A DNA stretch of 64,000 nucleotides from an uncultured Campylobacterales bacterium (GTDB lineage: Bacteria; Campylobacterota; Campylobacteria; Campylobacterales; QNZT01): the NCBI GenBank assembly GCA_964443745.1, contig CAYUEN010000006.1, positions 1,114 through 65,113 on the forward strand. The letters are read 5' to 3'. Below are positions 8,204 to 18,399 of the stretch, one piece after another (position 1 is the stretch's first letter; every line of letters begins with the position of its first letter). A model generated the notes under the pieces. The model saw only the letters and a list, made by a program, of their open reading frames with translations. It searched no databases and was not told where the DNA came from. The position numbers and the translations under genes are program-made.

Positions 8204-8964
8204 ACGCACCTGCGCACTTCGATGTCGTTTTTTCGGAGTGAAGATTTGATCTCATCGATCGTAGCCATATCGTAATGGAGTACGGAGGCTACGGCTATCG
8301 CGTCGACATCCGCCTTTTTCGCCACTTCCGAAAGATGCGAACTCTCTCCCGCACCGCCGCTGCAAACCACCGGAACTTTCGCGATCTTCGCCACCGATTC
8401 GCAGAGTGGGATATCGAATCCTTTTTGGGTGCCCTCTCTATCCAAAGAGGTGATCATCAACTCCCCCGCACCCAGATCCTGCAGTTTCGCCACCCATTCC
8501 AGCACATCTCTGCCCGTCGGCTCCCTGCCGTTTTCGACATAGGCTTCCCATCCTCCCCCCTTCCGCTCCTTGGCGACGACGGAGGCGACGATACATTGGG
8601 AACCGAACTTCTCGGCCGCTTCGGAAACGAACTCCGGCCGACGATGCGCCTGCGTATTGATCGCCACCTTGTCCGCACCGCTGTGGAGTGCTTTTCGGAT
8701 ATCTTCCAACGTTCGGATACCGCCTCCGACGGTGATGGGTACAAAAACCTCCCGGCATGCCTTTTCTATGATATGGCTTAAACTGTTTCTATCGTAGTAT
8801 GCCGCCACGGCGTCCATAAAGAGCAATTCGTCCGCACCCGCCTCGTAGTAGCGGCGCGCCAGTTCGTTCGGATCTCCGATTTTCCGAAGTCCCTCCAGAT
8901 GAATGCCTTTGATCACGAACTCGTTTTTGATATCCAGCCTTGCGACCACTCTTATCTTACGCAT
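8194..8964 (-). CDS. hisF: imidazole glycerol phosphate synthase cyclase-like protein, HisF-like paralogue
   Basis: 256 aa. Motifs VVARLDIKN, GADELLFMD, TVGGGIR and VCSGGAG of the HisF (beta/alpha)8 barrel. It is paired with the HisH-like and PseA-like genes. Confidence 0.85.
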   Translation of the reverse strand: MRKIRVVARLDIKNEFVIKGIHLEGLRKIGDPNELARRYYEAGADELLFMDAVAAYYDRNSLSHIIEKACREVFVPITVGGGIRTLEDIRKALHSGADKVAINTQAHRRPEFVSEAAEKFGSQCIVASVVAKERKGGGWEAYVENGREPTGRDVLEWVAKLQDLGAGELMITSLDREGTQKGFDIPLCESVAKIAKVPVVCSGGAGESSHLSEVAKKADVDAIAVASVLHYDMATIDEIKSSLRKNDIEVRRCVCV

Positions 8965-10105
8965 CTATTCGCAACTCCTGAAACTGTTTTTGATGGGACG
9001 TTTTCCAGATACGGTCCGACACCAACAGTTCGAAAAATTTTTTATCGCTTCGACCGTCACCGAAATAGTCGCTTTTTGCCGTCTCCCCCCTTTTCGAAAA
9101 CCGAAGCGCTCGTTTAATCTGTCGGAGAATCGACTCTTTTTCGTACGAAGCGTGAAAAAGAGTCGGCAGATTCGCGCGGTTGTGCTGCCTGCTGCCGATA
9201 TCCACCGCCGGTATGTTGTAGTAGGGCGCCTCCATCACGGCCGCACTCGAATTACCGATGACAAAGCGGGCGTAGCGCATCAGTTGCAGAAAATATTCGA
9301 ACCGTAGAGAGGGAAAGATGCGAAAGCGGGAATTGTTTTCGAGCCGTTTGTACTCTTGCAGAATTTCGAGGCTTCCCAGATCGTTGTTGGGATAGATCAC
9401 CACATAGTTCAGTCCGCTCTCCAATACCGCATCCACCACGTTTTTCGCATACTCTCTGATCCGGTCGTATTCGGTCGTGACGGGATGAAACAGCAAAACG
9501 GCGTATGATTTGAACGAAATTTCGTAATATTGTTTGACGAAGACGATATTCGGCAGCGATTCCGGACGCATCAGATCCAGATCCGGCGAGCCGATGATAT
9601 GGATCGAATTCTCCTTCTCTCCCAACTGCAACAACCTCTTTTTCGCCTCTTTGTTCGCCACCAGATGGATATGGCTCATCTTCGATACGCTGTGGCGTAT
9701 CAATTCGTCGATGGTTCCGGAGATTTCTCCCCCTTCGATATGGGCGACCAGAATATTGTTCAAACTCCCGACGATCGCACCCGCGAGCGCTTCGGAGCGA
9801 TCTCCGTGCACGACGATCAAATCGGGTTTGATCTCCGAAATATAGTGGGAAAAACCGTCGATCGTCCTTGCGAGCGTACGATCCATATGTTCGACGGTAT
9901 CGTGATTGATGAACGGATAGACGTTATCAAAGCCCGCTTTGTAAATCTCGTCGACCGTTTTGCCGTATTTGGCGTTCATATGCATTCCCGTCGCGAAGAT
10001 GTGCACATCGAACCGCTCCGATTTCTGGGTGATGGCGATCAAAGACTTGAGTTTGCCAAAATCAGCGCGTGTACCCGTGAGAAAAACGACTCTTCTTCTA
10101 TTCAC
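8957..10105 (-). CDS. neuC: UDP-N-acetylglucosamine 2-epimerase (hydrolysing), NeuC/LegG-like
   Basis: Motifs [30 protein letters not shown] and [14 protein letters not shown] are typical of hydrolysing NeuC-type epimerases. Confidence 0.85.
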   Translation of the reverse strand: MNRRRVVFLTGTRADFGKLKSLIAITQKSERFDVHIFATGMHMNAKYGKTVDEIYKAGFDNVYPFINHDTVEHMDRTLARTIDGFSHYISEIKPDLIVVHGDRSEALAGAIVGSLNNILVAHIEGGEISGTIDELIRHSVSKMSHIHLVANKEAKKRLLQLGEKENSIHIIGSPDLDLMRPESLPNIVFVKQYYEISFKSYAVLLFHPVTTEYDRIREYAKNVVDAVLESGLNYVVIYPNNDLGSLEILQEYKRLENNSRFRIFPSLRFEYFLQLMRYARFVIGNSSAAVMEAPYYNIPAVDIGSRQHNRANLPTLFHASYEKESILRQIKRALRFSKRGETAKSDYFGDGRSDKKFFELLVSDRIWKTSHQKQFQELRIDA

Positions 10106-11141
10106 CGACCATACTCCAACGAAGATGTTCGTCCGCCTCTATATCGCAGCGTGCGACTTTTCCGAGGACTTCCTTGTAATCCTCCGCCGCGATCTCTCCG
10201 GTACCGGGCCGCTTCACCCAGAGGTTTTCTTCGGTAAACCGCTCGCCTTTTTCGATCGGTCTGGTCGTCACGACCGTCGCGAAGGCGAAATCGATCGTCA
10301 CCCGCTCTTCCGGAGCCGGCTCCTTTTTTCCGCCCCGCATCCGAAAGATCGCCTCGCTTCCGATCAAGAGCTCTTTGAGCGCAATGGGATCCATCGAATT
10401 GACGATGTCCGGACCGGGACGATCCATCCGGTCGGTAAAGTGCCGCTCCAGAATCGAAGCCCCCAATGCCGTCGCGGCAAAACAAGCGAGATTGGAGGTG
10501 GTGTGATCGGAAAGACCTATAACGGCCCCCGGGAAAGTCTCCGCAAGCTCCTGCATCGCGCCAAGGCGCACCAGATGCGCGGGAGTCGGATAGAGATTGG
10601 TCGTATGCAGCAAAGCGTACGGGACACGATACCGCTCCAATATTTCGACCGTCTTTTTTACTTGATCGATTCTGTTCATCCCCGTACTGACGATCATCGG
10701 CTTCCCGAAAGTGGCGATATGCTCGATGAGGGGGTAGTTGTTGCACTCTCCCGATCCGATTTTGTAGGCCGGTACGCCCATCCGCTCCAGCCTGTCGGCC
10801 GCCGCTCTTGAAAAGGGTGTACTCAGATAGATCATGCCTTTGCTTTCCACGTAGGATTTGAGCGAGATTTCATCCGCTTCGCTCAGTGCGCACCGCTCCA
10901 TAATTTCGTAAATCGAAACATCCGCGTTGCCGGGAATAACCTTTTTGGCGGCCCTGCTCATCTCGTCCGTTACGATGTGTGTCTGATGTTTTATCACCTC
11001 GGCACCGGCTTTGTAGGCGGCATCGACCATCTCTTTGGCCACTTGGAGGCTTCCTTCGTGGTTGATGCCGATTTCGGCAATGACAAACGGCGGATAGTCC
11101 GGACCTATTTTGCGTCCTGCGATCTCTATAAAATGCTTCAT
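10098..11141 (-). CDS. neuB: N-acetylneuraminate/legionaminate synthase family (NeuB/LegI-like)
   Basis: N-terminus [38 protein letters not shown]. 347 aa with a C-terminal SAF-like tail (...[26 protein letters not shown]). Confidence 0.9.
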   Translation of the reverse strand: MKHFIEIAGRKIGPDYPPFVIAEIGINHEGSLQVAKEMVDAAYKAGAEVIKHQTHIVTDEMSRAAKKVIPGNADVSIYEIMERCALSEADEISLKSYVESKGMIYLSTPFSRAAADRLERMGVPAYKIGSGECNNYPLIEHIATFGKPMIVSTGMNRIDQVKKTVEILERYRVPYALLHTTNLYPTPAHLVRLGAMQELAETFPGAVIGLSDHTTSNLACFAATALGASILERHFTDRMDRPGPDIVNSMDPIALKELLIGSEAIFRMRGGKKEPAPEERVTIDFAFATVVTTRPIEKGERFTEENLWVKRPGTGEIAAEDYKEVLGKVARCDIEADEHLRWSMVGE

Positions 11142-11187
11142 GTCCCAAAATCAGCAAAAACTATGCCGCAATCGATTATCATAACGC

Positions 11188-11763
11188 ATGCCCCGTATAG
11201 ACAACACCCGATTTTACACGAACGCCCTCGAAAAACACGGCCCCACCGCCAAAGGGCTGAATTGGCACGACGAAGATTCCCAGATCCGCCGATTCGAAGT
11301 GATCGTCCGGATGATGGAGAAGGATCTGGAATCGGACGATCTGATCGTGGACGCCGGATGCGGCTTCGGCGATCTGTATGCTTTTTTGCGTTCTCGTTAC
11401 GATATACGCTACCTGGGATACGAAATCGAACCGCGATTCGTCGAAATCGCCCGCGCCCGTACCGGCGAAACGATCATGCAAAAAGACATTCTCAAAGATC
11501 CGCTCGAACCGGGGGATTTCTATATCGCCAGCGGTTCGATGAACATCCTCAGCCGTTTCGAGACCTACCTCTTCATCGAGCGCTGTTTCGAGCACGCCCC
11601 CAAACGATCCCTCTTCAACCTCCCCTCCGGCCAACCCCATCGCCACTTCAACTACTTCCTGCCGCAGGAGATCAAACGTTTCGCGAAAAAATTCGGATGC
11701 GAAATCCTCACGCGAAGCGGCTATCTGCCGAACGATTTTACGGTGTATCTAAAAAAGTTTTAG
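11188..11763 (+). CDS. class I SAM-dependent methyltransferase
   Basis: Motif I LIVDAGCGFGDLYAFL. 191 aa, divergent from neuB across a 46-nt spacer. Confidence 0.7.
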   Translation: MPRIDNTRFYTNALEKHGPTAKGLNWHDEDSQIRRFEVIVRMMEKDLESDDLIVDAGCGFGDLYAFLRSRYDIRYLGYEIEPRFVEIARARTGETIMQKDILKDPLEPGDFYIASGSMNILSRFETYLFIERCFEHAPKRSLFNLPSGQPHRHFNYFLPQEIKRFAKKFGCEILTRSGYLPNDFTVYLKKF

Positions 11764-11808
11764 ATACAATCGCGCTTATCTACAATCTTGCAGCAATCAG
11801 GAAAACGT

Positions 11809-13074
11809 ATGGGACAGACAATAACCGAAAAGATTTTCAGCGAACATGTCGGCTATGACGTCAAGGCGGGAGAGATTATCCGCTGCGATATCGATATGGT
11901 CATCGGCAACGACATCACCACGCCGATCTCGATCAAAGCGTTTCGCGAAAGCGGCGCGAAGCGGCTGGCCAAAGCGGACAACTTCGCCATCGTGATGGAC
12001 CACTTCATCCCCGCCAAGGATATCGCCAGCGCGAACCAGGCCAAAATCAGTCGAGAATTCGCCTACGAACACGATTTGAAACTCTTTTTCGACGAAAAGG
12101 ATATGGGTATCGAACATGCGCTGCTTCCCGAAAAAGGGCTCGTCGTACCGGGAGACGTGATCATCGGCGCCGATTCGCACACCTGCACGCATGGCGCCCT
12201 GGGAGCTTTCGCCACGGGGATGGGGTCGACGGATCTGGCTTTCGCGATGATAACCGGCACCAACTGGTTCCGCGTTCCCGAATCGATCAGGGTGGTCTTC
12301 AGCGGCAAACCGGGCGAACACATTTACGGCAAGGATCTGATTCTGGAGATCATCCGCCGAATCGGCGTCGACGGCGCGCTCTACCAAGCACTGGAATTCA
12401 CGGGCGATACGATCGAATATCTGGATATGGACGATCGTTTCAGCCTCTGCAACATGGCGATCGAGGCGGGTGCGAAAAACGGCATCGTCGCGGTGGACGA
12501 GACGACACGAGCCTTCCTCGCGGACAAAGAGTTAAGAAGCGAGCCCAAATTTCTCTACTCCGATCCCGACGCCCGCTACGTCAAAACGATCGAGATCGAC
12601 GTAAGCCGGCTCGATCCGCTCGTGGCCTATCCGCATCTGCCTTCCAACGGCAAGCCGGTCACCGAAGCGGTCAGGGACGATCTGCATGTCGATCAAGTCT
12701 TTATCGGAAGCTGTACCAACGGTCGCCTGGGAGACTTGCGTATCGCCGCGCAGATCATGAAGGGGCGAAAGGTAGCCAGACGCACCCGTATGATCGTCAC
12801 GCCCGCGACCCAGAAAATCCTCAAGCAGGCCGAAAAAGAGGGATTGATCGATATCCTGATCGATGCCGGAGCGGTGGTGAGCAACCCCACCTGCGGAGCG
12901 TGTCTGGGCGGCTATATGGGAATCCTCGGCGACAACGAGCGCTGCATCTCCACCACAAACCGCAACTTCGTCGGACGCATGGGGGCGAGATCTTCCGAAA
13001 TCTACCTCGCCAACTCCGCCGTCGCCGCCGCCAGCGCGGTCACCGGCAAAATCACCGATCCCAGAGAGCTTTGA
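11809..13074 (+). CDS. leuC: 3-isopropylmalate dehydratase large subunit (aconitase family)
   Basis: MGQTITEKIFSEHVG... with GADSHTCTHGALGAFATG, GSCTNGR and CGACLGG Fe-S ligand motifs. Start at ATG 11809 with AGGAA upstream; the track ORF begins at 11788. Confidence 0.85.
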   Translation: MGQTITEKIFSEHVGYDVKAGEIIRCDIDMVIGNDITTPISIKAFRESGAKRLAKADNFAIVMDHFIPAKDIASANQAKISREFAYEHDLKLFFDEKDMGIEHALLPEKGLVVPGDVIIGADSHTCTHGALGAFATGMGSTDLAFAMITGTNWFRVPESIRVVFSGKPGEHIYGKDLILEIIRRIGVDGALYQALEFTGDTIEYLDMDDRFSLCNMAIEAGAKNGIVAVDETTRAFLADKELRSEPKFLYSDPDARYVKTIEIDVSRLDPLVAYPHLPSNGKPVTEAVRDDLHVDQVFIGSCTNGRLGDLRIAAQIMKGRKVARRTRMIVTPATQKILKQAEKEGLIDILIDAGAVVSNPTCGACLGGYMGILGDNERCISTTNRNFVGRMGARSSEIYLANSAVAAASAVTGKITDPREL

Positions 13075-13649
13075 AACTCTCGAACCTTCCTCTTGTGATC
13101 TTCGCCGGGGGCAGAAGCTCCCGGATGGGAAAAGACAAAGCGCTTCTTCCGTTCGATGGCCATCCCACGCTCACACAATACCAAATCGCCCGCTTCGATC
13201 CCCACTTCAAAGCCGTCTACGTAGGCTGCAAAAATCGTGAGAAATTCGACTTCGATGCCGATTTTCTGGAGGATTCGCCTCGATTTGAAGATACCGCGCC
13301 TTTTATCGGTCTTATCTCCGCTTTCGAGCTGCTTGCGGACGATCTGATCGCCGTTTTGAGCGTGGACGCCCCCTTTTTCACCCCCGAAGATTTCCAAAGA
13401 CTGCTCGATACGATCACACCGGAAGCGGATGCGTGCATCGCGAAAAGTCCCAACGGAAACGAACCCCTCTGCGGCCTCTATCGGCGTACCGCCCTTTCTC
13501 GTCTCGAAAGCCTGGCAAAACAAAAACGCTACCGCTTCGCCGATCTTTTCGCCCATATCCGTGTGCGTTTCGTCCCTTTCGACGATCTTCGCCCTTTTTG
13601 CAACCTCAATTATCCAGAAGATTACGAAAAGGCTGCGCGCAATATTTAA
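13071..13649 (+). CDS. mobA: molybdenum cofactor guanylyltransferase (MobA-like)
   Basis: LVIFAGGRSSRMGKDKALLPF nucleotide-binding N-terminus. The track ORF (12900..) extends into leuC. The likely start is TTG 13071, overlapping the leuC TGA (TTGA); GTG 13095 is an alternative. Confidence 0.65.
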   Translation: MKLSNLPLVIFAGGRSSRMGKDKALLPFDGHPTLTQYQIARFDPHFKAVYVGCKNREKFDFDADFLEDSPRFEDTAPFIGLISAFELLADDLIAVLSVDAPFFTPEDFQRLLDTITPEADACIAKSPNGNEPLCGLYRRTALSRLESLAKQKRYRFADLFAHIRVRFVPFDDLRPFCNLNYPEDYEKAARNI

Positions 13650-13692
13650 CCTTTTTGGATAGAATATCACCATCATACATAGAGGGGTTTCG

Positions 13693-14640
13693 ATGCACGA
13701 CAAACTGCACCAGATCAAACATGAAATCCAGAAAGTGATCGTCGGCCAGGAGGAGATGATCGATTCGCTTCTGATCGGGCTGCTCTGCGACGGCCACATC
13801 CTACTGGAAGGGGTACCGGGACTGGCCAAAACCACCACGGTCAATACCCTCGCCAAAACGCTCGGTCTTCACTTCAAACGGGTCCAGTTCACTCCCGACC
13901 TGCTCCCCAGCGACATCATCGGTACCGAAATCTACGACCCCAAAAACAACACCTTCAAGATCAAAAAGGGGCCGATTTTCACCAATCTGCTGCTGGCCGA
14001 CGAAATCAACCGGGCCCCGGCGAAGGTGCAATCGGCCCTGCTGGAGGCGATGCAGGAGCGTCAGGTGACGATCGCGGACGAAACTTTCAAAATAGACTCC
14101 CCCTTTCTCACTCTCGCCACCCAAAATCCGATCGAACAGGAGGGAGCCTATCTGCTTCCGGAAGCGCAGTTGGATCGCTTCATGCTGAAGGTGGTGGTAG
14201 GATACAACACCAAAAACGAAGAGATAGAGATCATCGACCGTATCGCCGAAGGAAAACTCGAAGAAGTCGAGCGCGTCGCCTCCGGGGAGGATCTTGAACG
14301 ACTCAAAGAAGCCTACAGAAAAATCCATATCGACGACGAACTCAAATCCTACATCGTCGACCTCGTCTTCGCGACCCGCGAACCCGAACGCTACGGCATG
14401 GAGGATTTCAGATCCTACATCCAATACGGCGCGAGTCCCAGGGCTTCGATCAACCTCTACAACGCCGCCAAAGCCTACGCTTTCCTCAGAGGCAAAACGT
14501 TCGTCACGCCGGTCGACATCGCCAAAATGGCCAAAGACGTGCTGCGCCACCGCATCATCATGAGTTACGAGGCGGAGGCCGAAGGGATCACCTCCGACAG
14601 GGTGGTCGAAAAAGTATTGGAAGCCGTACCGATCCCTTGA
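13693..14640 (+). CDS. MoxR-family AAA+ ATPase
   Basis: Walker A LLEGVPGLAKT, Walker B LLADEINRAPAKVQSALLEAMQERQVT. 315 aa. Confidence 0.9.
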   Translation: MHDKLHQIKHEIQKVIVGQEEMIDSLLIGLLCDGHILLEGVPGLAKTTTVNTLAKTLGLHFKRVQFTPDLLPSDIIGTEIYDPKNNTFKIKKGPIFTNLLLADEINRAPAKVQSALLEAMQERQVTIADETFKIDSPFLTLATQNPIEQEGAYLLPEAQLDRFMLKVVVGYNTKNEEIEIIDRIAEGKLEEVERVASGEDLERLKEAYRKIHIDDELKSYIVDLVFATREPERYGMEDFRSYIQYGASPRASINLYNAAKAYAFLRGKTFVTPVDIAKMAKDVLRHRIIMSYEAEAEGITSDRVVEKVLEAVPIP

Positions 14641-15467
14641 GCCAGCTCAAAAAGATTCTGATCAAAACCAGACGCCAGATCTTCAGCGAGATCGCCGGCA
14701 ACAACCCCTCGATTTTCGAAGGAGAGGGATTCGATTTCGTGGAGCTTCGGGAATACCACTACGGGGACGACGTGCGAAAAATAGACTGGAACGTCACCGC
14801 GAAAATGCGCCGCCCCTACATCAAGATCTTCAAGGAGGAGCGGGAACTCAATATCGTGATCGTCTCGCTTTTGGGAGGAAGCGTTCACTTCGGCCAAAAA
14901 CGCCTCAAACAGGAACTTTTCGCCGAAGTGGCCGCGCTACTGGCTTTCTCCGCCGCCAAAAACGGCGATCTTTTCAGCAGTTATATCTTCACCTCTAAAA
15001 TCGACGAATACACCAGACCCACCAAAGAGGCGCGCGCGGTAAACCGAAGCGTTTCGCAGATCCTCACGTTCGAGCCGATCGGCCGACGAATCGATACCGC
15101 CGCTCTCTCGGCCGTACTCTGGCAGCGGATCAGACGCAGGTCGATCATCTTCGTTCTGGGAGACTTCTTCGGAGAATACGATTTTGGATTGCTATCCAAA
15201 AAGCATGAAGTCATCGCGCTGATTCTACGCGACAGGCTGGAGGAATCCCCTCCCGAACTGGGTACGATCCGCCTGAGCGATCCCGAAACGATGCAGACGG
15301 CACTGATGCAGATCGACGCCCGTGTGTGCGAACGATACCGAAAACGCGTCCGGGCCAACGACGAGGCGCTCTTTCGCCACTTTCGCAAAAACCGCATCGA
15401 CTTCACCAAGATCTATACGCAGGAGGAACCTTACGTGAAACTCTCGAAACTCTTTCTCAGGCGTTAG
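14637..15467 (+). CDS. DUF58 domain protein (MoxR partner)
   Basis: Signature GFDFVELREYHYGDDVRKIDWNVTAK of DUF58. The TTG start overlaps the MoxR stop (TTGA). Confidence 0.8.
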   Translation: MSQLKKILIKTRRQIFSEIAGNNPSIFEGEGFDFVELREYHYGDDVRKIDWNVTAKMRRPYIKIFKEERELNIVIVSLLGGSVHFGQKRLKQELFAEVAALLAFSAAKNGDLFSSYIFTSKIDEYTRPTKEARAVNRSVSQILTFEPIGRRIDTAALSAVLWQRIRRRSIIFVLGDFFGEYDFGLLSKKHEVIALILRDRLEESPPELGTIRLSDPETMQTALMQIDARVCERYRKRVRANDEALFRHFRKNRIDFTKIYTQEEPYVKLSKLFLRR

Positions 15468-15474
15468 GGAAAAG

Positions 15475-15855
15475 ATGGAACAGCTGCGCGATATCCGCTC
15501 GCTCGAGCCGATTCCCGATATTTCCCTCTATCTTTTCATCGGAGTGGTCGCTCTCTTCGCACTTGTTGCGGGCGTACTTCTGTATCTGCTTTGGCGCCGT
15601 CTCAAGAACAGACGCCGTACGATCGAGAAAGAGGTATGGAAACGGTTGCGAAACGTCGATCTGAGCGACTCCAAAAAGGCGGCCTACCAGATCACGAAAT
15701 ACGCCCGCTATCTCGCCAGAAGCGAACACTCCCGAAAGATATTCGAAACGTTGGAAAAGAGGCTCGAGAAGTATAAATACACCCCCGATCCTCCCCCGCT
15801 CGACGAGGAAACCATCCGGACGTATCGGCTCTTTTTGGAGGTGGCGGATGAGTAG
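15475..15855 (+). CDS. small single-TM protein, DUF4381-like
   Basis: 126 aa with one hydrophobic helix (LYLFIGVVALFALVAGVLLYLLW) followed by RR. It sits in the position between DUF58 and BatA that is typical of Bat operons. Confidence 0.5.
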   Translation: MEQLRDIRSLEPIPDISLYLFIGVVALFALVAGVLLYLLWRRLKNRRRTIEKEVWKRLRNVDLSDSKKAAYQITKYARYLARSEHSRKIFETLEKRLEKYKYTPDPPPLDEETIRTYRLFLEVADE

Positions 15856-16780
15856 TCTGAGCTTCGAACACCCCGAAGCCTTTTGGTTACTGCCTCTTTT
15901 TCTTCTGTGCGCGAGACTCTGTCCGGCCCGCAGCGAATCGCTCCTTTTCCCCCATTTGGGACTCTTCATCGAAAGCAAGGGGCGCCACTCCTATCTGATG
16001 ACACTGCTCAAATGGCTGGCGATCACTCTGGCGATTACGGCGCTCGCTTCGCCGATCAGCCAAAACAGCGTCCATCTCCAAAAGCGGGAAGGATACGCGA
16101 TCGTGCTTCTGATCGATGCGAGCGGATCGATGCAGTACGGATTCCAACAGCGCTACGTCGGCACGTTCGGCCCCAGTAAATTCGACGTGACGACGAAGCT
16201 GGCGAAAGCTTTCGTCCAAAAACGCACGAACGACCAAATCGGGCTGGTGGTATTCGGAAACTTCGCCTATGTCGCCGCACCCCTCACCTATGATAGAGAA
16301 ATCCTCTCGCAGATCATCGACGGCCTCTACGCCAAAATAGCCGGCCCCAACTACACCGTCATCAACGACGCCCTCTTTCAGGGATCCAAACTTCTCTCAC
16401 AATCGCCCGCCAAAAGCAAAATCATGATTTTACTGACCGACGGAAAGAGCCGCGGCGACAATATCCCCTTCGAAGTGGCGATGAAGAGGGTGAAACAAAA
16501 CGGTATCAAAGTCTATACGGTCGGTATCGGCGCGGATGCGAAAGCGTTCGACGAGAAACATCTGCGGCGCATCGCCCGCCAAAGCGGCGGCGCCTTCTTT
16601 CACGCCACGAGCCGGCAAAGTCTCGAAGAGATCTACCGAAAGATCGACAGACTCGAAAAGAGCGAATTGAAAAACCCAACCTACACCCAAAAAAGATACC
16701 ACTACGAATATCCCCTCTTTTTCGCTTTTCTCTCTCTGCTCTTTTATACCTACATGCTCAACCGAAAGGGAATCGCATGA
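15848..16780 (+). CDS. batA: VWA domain membrane protein, BatA-like
   Basis: N-terminal TM segments and a VWA MIDAS motif VLLIDASGSMQ. 310 aa. Confidence 0.8.
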   Translation: MSSLSFEHPEAFWLLPLFLLCARLCPARSESLLFPHLGLFIESKGRHSYLMTLLKWLAITLAITALASPISQNSVHLQKREGYAIVLLIDASGSMQYGFQQRYVGTFGPSKFDVTTKLAKAFVQKRTNDQIGLVVFGNFAYVAAPLTYDREILSQIIDGLYAKIAGPNYTVINDALFQGSKLLSQSPAKSKIMILLTDGKSRGDNIPFEVAMKRVKQNGIKVYTVGIGADAKAFDEKHLRRIARQSGGAFFHATSRQSLEEIYRKIDRLEKSELKNPTYTQKRYHYEYPLFFAFLSLLFYTYMLNRKGIA

Positions 16781-18399
16781 GTTTTCTTGCGCCTGAATAT
16801 CTGCTGTTCATGTTCGTTCCGATTCTCGTCCTCTTCTATCTGATCGTCACCGGCAAGAGTCTGGTCGCATCGGTTTTCGACGAAAGGATGGTCGAAAAAC
16901 TCACCTTCGACAACGATACGCTCGGACGTACCGGAAGAAATATCATGCTTTTTGTCGCGCTTTCTTTCATGATCGTCGCACTGGCGCGTCCTGTTTTGCC
17001 TCGGGAGGAGATCACGCTCAAAACCCCCACGCTCGATCTGGTGATTGCGCTGGATATCTCCCGCTCGATGTTGGCCACCGACCTCTATCCCGACCGTCTC
17101 GCTTTGGCGAAGAGAAGGATCGCCGAAACGATAGAAGCTTTAAAAGGGGCTCGAATCGCACTGCTCGCCTTTTCCGACGCCGGCTTTGTGGTCGCACCGA
17201 TGACGGACGATACCGCCACGCTTCGTTTTCTTCTCGAAAACCTCTCGGTCGAATCCGTCTCGACCCAGGGAACCCGTTTTCTGATCCCGATCCAAAAGGC
17301 GGGAGAGATGCTCCGAAAGAGCGCACCGCGCCACCTACTGCTGTTTACCGACGGAGGAGATCGGTCCGATTTTTCCAAAGAGATCGAAGCTGCCAAAAAG
17401 GCGGGTTTGAAGGTCGATATTTACGCACTCGGTACGAAAAAGGGCGCGCCCATTCCCTATCATGGCGATCTGCTCAAAGATAAAAAAGGGGACATCGTGA
17501 TCGTCGGCCGCAACGATACGATCGCCGCGCTCGCCAAAGAAAGCGGCGGCGGATACTATCGGTGGGACGGCAGCGGCACGAGTCTGAAACGTCTGATAAA
17601 AAGGCTTCGGAACGAACAAGCCGCCATCAGGGAGGTCACGATCAAAACCTATCGGGAACTCTTCTACTACCCCTTGGCGGCGGCGCTGCTTTTCATGCTC
17701 TTTGCTTTTAGCTCCCTTCCAAAAATGAAAAAACACGCCCTTGCCTTGCTGCTGGTACCGCTTTTGTCGCTAGCTCCGTCGGCGAAAGCTTCCCTCTTCG
17801 ATTTCGCGCACATTCGGGAAGCGCGAAAGGCGTACGAGTCGGGAGCCTACGACAAAGCGCTAAAGCTCTACGAAAAAGTGGCCCGCTCCAAACAAAACGC
17901 CGCCGCCTACTACGCCGTAGGCAATGCCTACTACAAAAACGGCCGGTACGAAAAAGCGCTGACAGCCTACGGCCATGTAGTCACCGACGATCTCGAACTT
18001 GAATACAAAAAGGAATTCAATATGGGAAATTGCTATTTTCGACTGGGCCGGTACGAAAAAGCGCTGGAGCTCTATTTGAAGGCCCAAAAGATCCATGACA
18101 GCGAGGATCTGCGATACAATATCGAACTGACGAAAAAAAAGCTAAAAAAACGACGCAAAAAGAGCGCATCCGGATCGAAAAAAAGCGCAAAATCGCAACA
18201 AAAACAAAACACTCCGAAAAGCTCTTCCGGTACCCAAAAAGAGCCCTCCGAAACCCGCCGACACTCCTCTTCGCAAAAACTCTCCGAAGAGGAGATGCGG
18301 GCGTGGGAGAGGCGGCTGGAGAAAAAGCTGCCCAAAACCAAACCCCTCAAATTCAAAACCCCATCTTCAAAGCGAGTCCGAAATGAAAAACCGTGGTAG
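16777..18399 (+). CDS. VWA + TPR fusion protein (BatB/BatC-like) with Lys/Ser-rich tail
   Basis: VWA MIDAS motif VIALDISRSM, then TPR repeats (AYYAVGNAYYKNGRYEKALTAY, NMGNCYFRLGRYEKALELY), then a basic tail KKKLKKRRKKSASGSKKSAKSQQKQ... ATGA overlap with batA. Confidence 0.75.
   Translation: MSFLAPEYLLFMFVPILVLFYLIVTGKSLVASVFDERMVEKLTFDNDTLGRTGRNIMLFVALSFMIVALARPVLPREEITLKTPTLDLVIALDISRSMLATDLYPDRLALAKRRIAETIEALKGARIALLAFSDAGFVVAPMTDDTATLRFLLENLSVESVSTQGTRFLIPIQKAGEMLRKSAPRHLLLFTDGGDRSDFSKEIEAAKKAGLKVDIYALGTKKGAPIPYHGDLLKDKKGDIVIVGRNDTIAALAKESGGGYYRWDGSGTSLKRLIKRLRNEQAAIREVTIKTYRELFYYPLAAALLFMLFAFSSLPKMKKHALALLLVPLLSLAPSAKASLFDFAHIREARKAYESGAYDKALKLYEKVARSKQNAAAYYAVGNAYYKNGRYEKALTAYGHVVTDDLELEYKKEFNMGNCYFRLGRYEKALELYLKAQKIHDSEDLRYNIELTKKKLKKRRKKSASGSKKSAKSQQKQNTPKSSSGTQKEPSETRRHSSSQKLSEEEMRAWERRLEKKLPKTKPLKFKTPSSKRVRNEKPW

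Larger units (their letters stand above)
2443..11141 (-). other. flagellin glycosylation / nonulosonic-acid biosynthesis operon (8 co-directional genes)
   Basis: Genes neuB-like to maf are all on the minus strand. Junctions are overlaps of 8-20 nt or a gap of at most 51 nt. The operon lies directly beside the flagellin gene. Confidence 0.75.

Noticed and set aside
12900-13070. Upstream part of ORF 12900..13649 (an Arg/Gln-rich 57 codons).
   Set aside because: It lies inside leuC in another frame. MobA homology only begins at ...LVIFAGGRSSRMG, and TTG 13071 overlapping the leuC stop is the plausible start.
17941-18066. A perfect 21-nt direct repeat, ggccggtacgaaaaagcgctg, at 17941-17961 and 18046-18066.
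   Set aside because: Both copies encode GRYEKAL in consecutive TPR units of the BatB/C-like protein, 35 codons apart. This is an intragenic domain repeat, not a mobile or regulatory repeat.
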